A stretch of 64,000 nt of DNA from Octopus bimaculoides (lineage: Eukaryota): assembly GCF_001194135.2 (NCBI RefSeq), contig NC_068992.1:58203911-58267910 (forward strand), read 5' to 3'. This document shows positions 60,421-64,000 of this stretch, piece after piece. The notes beneath the pieces were generated by a model. It made no database searches and was not told the DNA's origin. It saw only the letters and a list, made by a program, of their open reading frames with translations. Numbering within the stretch: position 1 is the first letter of the stretch; every line of letters begins with the position of its first letter. Both the position numbers and the translations under genes were made by a program.

Positions 60421-62467
60421 CATGTGACTGTAGGAACACTTGGAATGATAAAAAAAAAGGAAGAAAATTATCTGAGAAAATCCTTGGCTAACCATCCTTG
60501 TAAGAAGTGCAAAAGATTGTTTTAACTGGTACGTCACATGTATTGAGAAGAGCATTGTTACTGTGAGAATGGCTACCACCCATGAAAGTAATATTTTTCT
60601 ACATAACTTCATTTGATTTTGTAAATGAACTACCTGGTGCATTTACTTTAATGGTCTTTCAATGTATACAGTAAGTTTCTTTGCCCTGGGTGTCAGGAAG
60701 ACACTTGACAAGAAATGGAAACAAAACTGAAAGAAGAAATCGTAAAAATAATAATAAAATATCAAGTAAAGGGCATTGACTGAAAACTATACTCAAAAGT
60801 TAATTTTTTTTTATTATCTCTTAGTATGATGATATAACCTTACTTTTACATCTGAACTGATTCCAAACCACAAAACATCCTACTTTTTCTTTGAATTTCA
60901 ATAAATTATCTTTGATAATCAATTTATGAAACAAAAAAGTTGGTTTTAAAATTAAACCTTATGCAAAGATAGGATTAGGCAAAAAGAAATGATTAATGTG
61001 AGCGAAAAATAAATGTTCAGTGACGTAATTAATTAATTAATAATACTAAAAATATTTCAACAGTATTTACATTAGCAGTTTGAGAATTCTGAAGAAAAAT
61101 ATGTAAAAAAAAATAATATTCATTATAACAAATATTATTATTTATTTATTTTTGTTGTTGTTGAAACCACAATAATTTCCAATATAGCAGCTGATGATTC
61201 TGTTATCCCCAATCTCATCAATGTCAACCTCAAATTTGTCAGTGTTTGCCTTAATTTCAATATTATCAATCTCAATTTCATCATTGTCAACTACAATTTT
61301 ATCATAGTCAACTTAAATTTATGCAATATTATTACCAGTTCAAACATGCTTGTGGCACGTTTGGACTAATAAACAACCCATTCACTGTGTCTTGTTATGG
61401 AGAAAATTTTTTGCTGTTGACAATGGGGTAAATACACCTAGATCGGTTCACAGTGCTCCCTTTCCAGACTGTGGGATACAACATTTCAGTGTAGTTGTCT
61501 CATCTTCGTTCACAGACACTAGGTGGAAGGCACTGCGAACTGATGAAAGTGAATGATTCCCTTATTGCTATTTAGTCGTGTAGGATGTAGCCATATTTCA
61601 ATTTTCATGAACAGATATGGACACCGGGAATTACTTGTAGCAGAATTGTAAAAGTGTTGTAAAGGATTTTCGTACCTTACACTACATTAACATATTGATC
61701 AATATTGGGTGTGATTACTAAACATGACTGAGCTGGATTTTTTAAAGGCAATATTTTAAAAAATGGGAATAATAAATGAAAGGAGAAGCTTATGTCATTT
61801 ATTATGTAGTTTTATAATGTACTAAATGTATGTATATTTATGTTAATGTATGTATATTTATGTTAATGTAACAATTTGTATTATACAAAAAGTGTAATCC
61901 TTTATGAAATTTTTTTAATGTTTGCATTTTTACAGAATTCTGCGACAAGTAATCACAGATGTTTATGTCTGTCTGCAAAAAAACCAAAAAAACAAATGCA
62001 TTCCACTCCACATAGATAATGTTTAAGTTGACGATAACGAAATGAATGTTGATGATGAGGAAATTGAAATGAACAACAGTGTAATTGAATCTTATGATAA
62101 CAAAATTGACGTTGAAATGATGAACTTGAGGTTGACGATGATGAATTTGAGGTTGATGTTGGTGCAGTTGAGGTTAATAATATTCGATTTAAGGGGAAAA
62201 ATCCAGGTCTTGATTGTTATTAGTGTTGGTTCATAAAATATTTATCAGGTGAGGTATTTATTAACCAGTAATTACAATACAATGGATTTCTATCATACAT
62301 TTATGCGTGTGTGTGTGTGTGTGTTTTAGGTTTTAAGAAGCTGCAAAGATGTGTGGACTTGATACTATAATGCAGCTGTGATGCATTTGCAAAATGCGTT
62401 TAAAAATATAAACAAAATAATCTCCATTTGTACATTTATATACATACATGTACATGTATACATACAT

Positions 62468-62512
<45 letters not shown>

Positions 62513-62600
62513 CACACAAGTTGATATATATCATCATTATAATTTTAAACACTACTCTAAAACGATGGTGATGACATATATATATATGTATATATATATA

Positions 62601-63257
62601 NNNNNNNNNNNNNNNNNNNNNNNNNNNNNNNNNNNNNNNNNNNNNNNNNNNNNNNNNNNNNNNNNNNNNNNNNNNNNNNNNNNNNNNNNNNNNNNNNNNN
62701 NNNNNNNNNNNNNNNNNNNNNNNNNNNNNNNNNNNNNNNNNNNNNNNNNNNNNNNNNNNNNNNNNNNNNNNNNNNNNNNNNNNNNNNNNNNNNNNNNNNN
62801 NNNNNNNNNNNNNNNNNNNNNNNNNNNNNNNNNNNNNNNNNNNNNNNNNNNNNNNNNNNNNNNNNNNNNNNNNNNNNNNNNNNNNNNNNNNNNNNNNNNN
62901 NNNNNNNNNNNNNNNNNNNNNNNNNNNNNNNNNNNNNNNNNNNNNNNNNNNNNNNNNNNNNNNNNNNNNNNNNNNNNNNNNNNNNNNNNNNNNNNNNNNN
63001 NNNNNNNNNNNNNNNNNNNNNNNNNNNNNNNNNNNNNNNNNNNNNNNNNNNNNNNNNNNNNNNNNNNNNNNNNNNNNNNNNNNNNNNNNNNNNNNNNNNN
63101 NNNNNNNNNNNNNNNNNNNNNNNNNNNNNNNNNNNNNNNNNNNNNNNNNNNNNNNNNNNNNNNNNNNNNNNNNNNNNNNNNNNNNNNNNNNNNNNNNNNN
63201 NNNNNNNNNNNNNNNNNNNNNNNNNNNNNNNNNNNNNNNNNNNNNNNNNNNNNNNNA
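62601..63257. other. Assembly gap (largest of nine)
   Basis: N runs at 13731-40, 19879-950, 27724-875, 37674-83, 41801-986, 50136-235, 55544-978, 57101-251 and 62601-63257; most abut microsatellites. Confidence 0.99.
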
Positions 63258-63957
63258 TATATATATATATATAATTATGTTCCATTTCCATTTATTGAAA
63301 AAAAAAAAATCATTAGTCTTTTTAAAGTCAGCTGATATAAAGCTCGCATGTTAAACCAATGTGTTGTAAGAATAGACAATATGAGAGATTAGTGGACTGG
63401 TTTTTACTAGTACACTAAATCATTTACAGAAATACCATGTGAGATAAAGAATTTTTTTTTTTTTCAAAAATATTAACCTTATCTTTTCTGTGTCTTTTTT
63501 TTTTTTTTTTTACCCGGGGCTTTTTTTAAAAATATTTCTTTTGGTTTCAAAACTGCAGTTTACTAAACTGTCGTCAATTGGCAGGTTCAGGCTTTACCCT
63601 TTATAAGTGTGGATGAGAATGTGATGGGATTGAACTGTCAAACATATATATATATTTCATAAATGGTTCACTGCAGTTATTTCCAATATCATGCAGAAGT
63701 ACTTGTACTAATAGTAATACAAACAGTGCAAGTAGTTCAGTCTTAGATCCCACTATTCAAAATCATACATAAGTGTGTGTGTGTGTGTGTGTGTATGATT
63801 GTGGGTATATATGGGCATATAAATGTATTTATGGATGTATATATATGTGTGTGTGTATGTGTGTGTGTACATATGTATATATACAGACATCTCAAAAATA
63901 GATAAGTAGAGGTACAGATTCCCCTCATTTTATATACATGTATATATATATGTGGAT

Positions 63958-64000
<43 letters not shown>

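Noticed and set aside
61339-61426. Possible exon FKHACGTFGLINNPF..
   Set aside because: Weak acceptor, no partner exons and no recognisable homology.
55410-63335. Long ORFs containing X runs, and YIYI/CVCV/HTHT/NNNN ORFs throughout the window
   Set aside because: Artefacts of N gaps and microsatellites.

Overview
AT-rich, microsatellite- and retroelement-dense animal genomic DNA from a gapped short-read assembly. The repeat families look like those of an octopus or other coleoid cephalopod (inference). The one clear gene is a TRIM-NHL E3 ligase (RING, B-box, coiled coil, filamin, NHL; TRIM2/3-like) whose 676-aa CDS lies in a single exon at 35604..37634 (+), behind a strong splice acceptor and a candidate 26-nt micro-exon. 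A phase-compatible chain of small + strand exons (5045..27145) may encode a second, unidentified protein that the ORF track cannot show; this is tentative. The rest is several tRNA-derived SINE families, 5'-truncated RTE and R4/Dong LINE remnants, several MITE types and minisatellites. Almost all short ORFs in the track are repeat artefacts. The most notable non-coding signal is a complete type I hammerhead ribozyme motif at 49554..49660 (+). A second near-canonical motif lies at 32934..33013 (-) and a decayed one at 23287..23330 (+), in three unrelated short elements. A near-perfect 250-bp hairpin lies at 53945..54194. All alignments and folds were done by eye; repeat boundaries are approximate.
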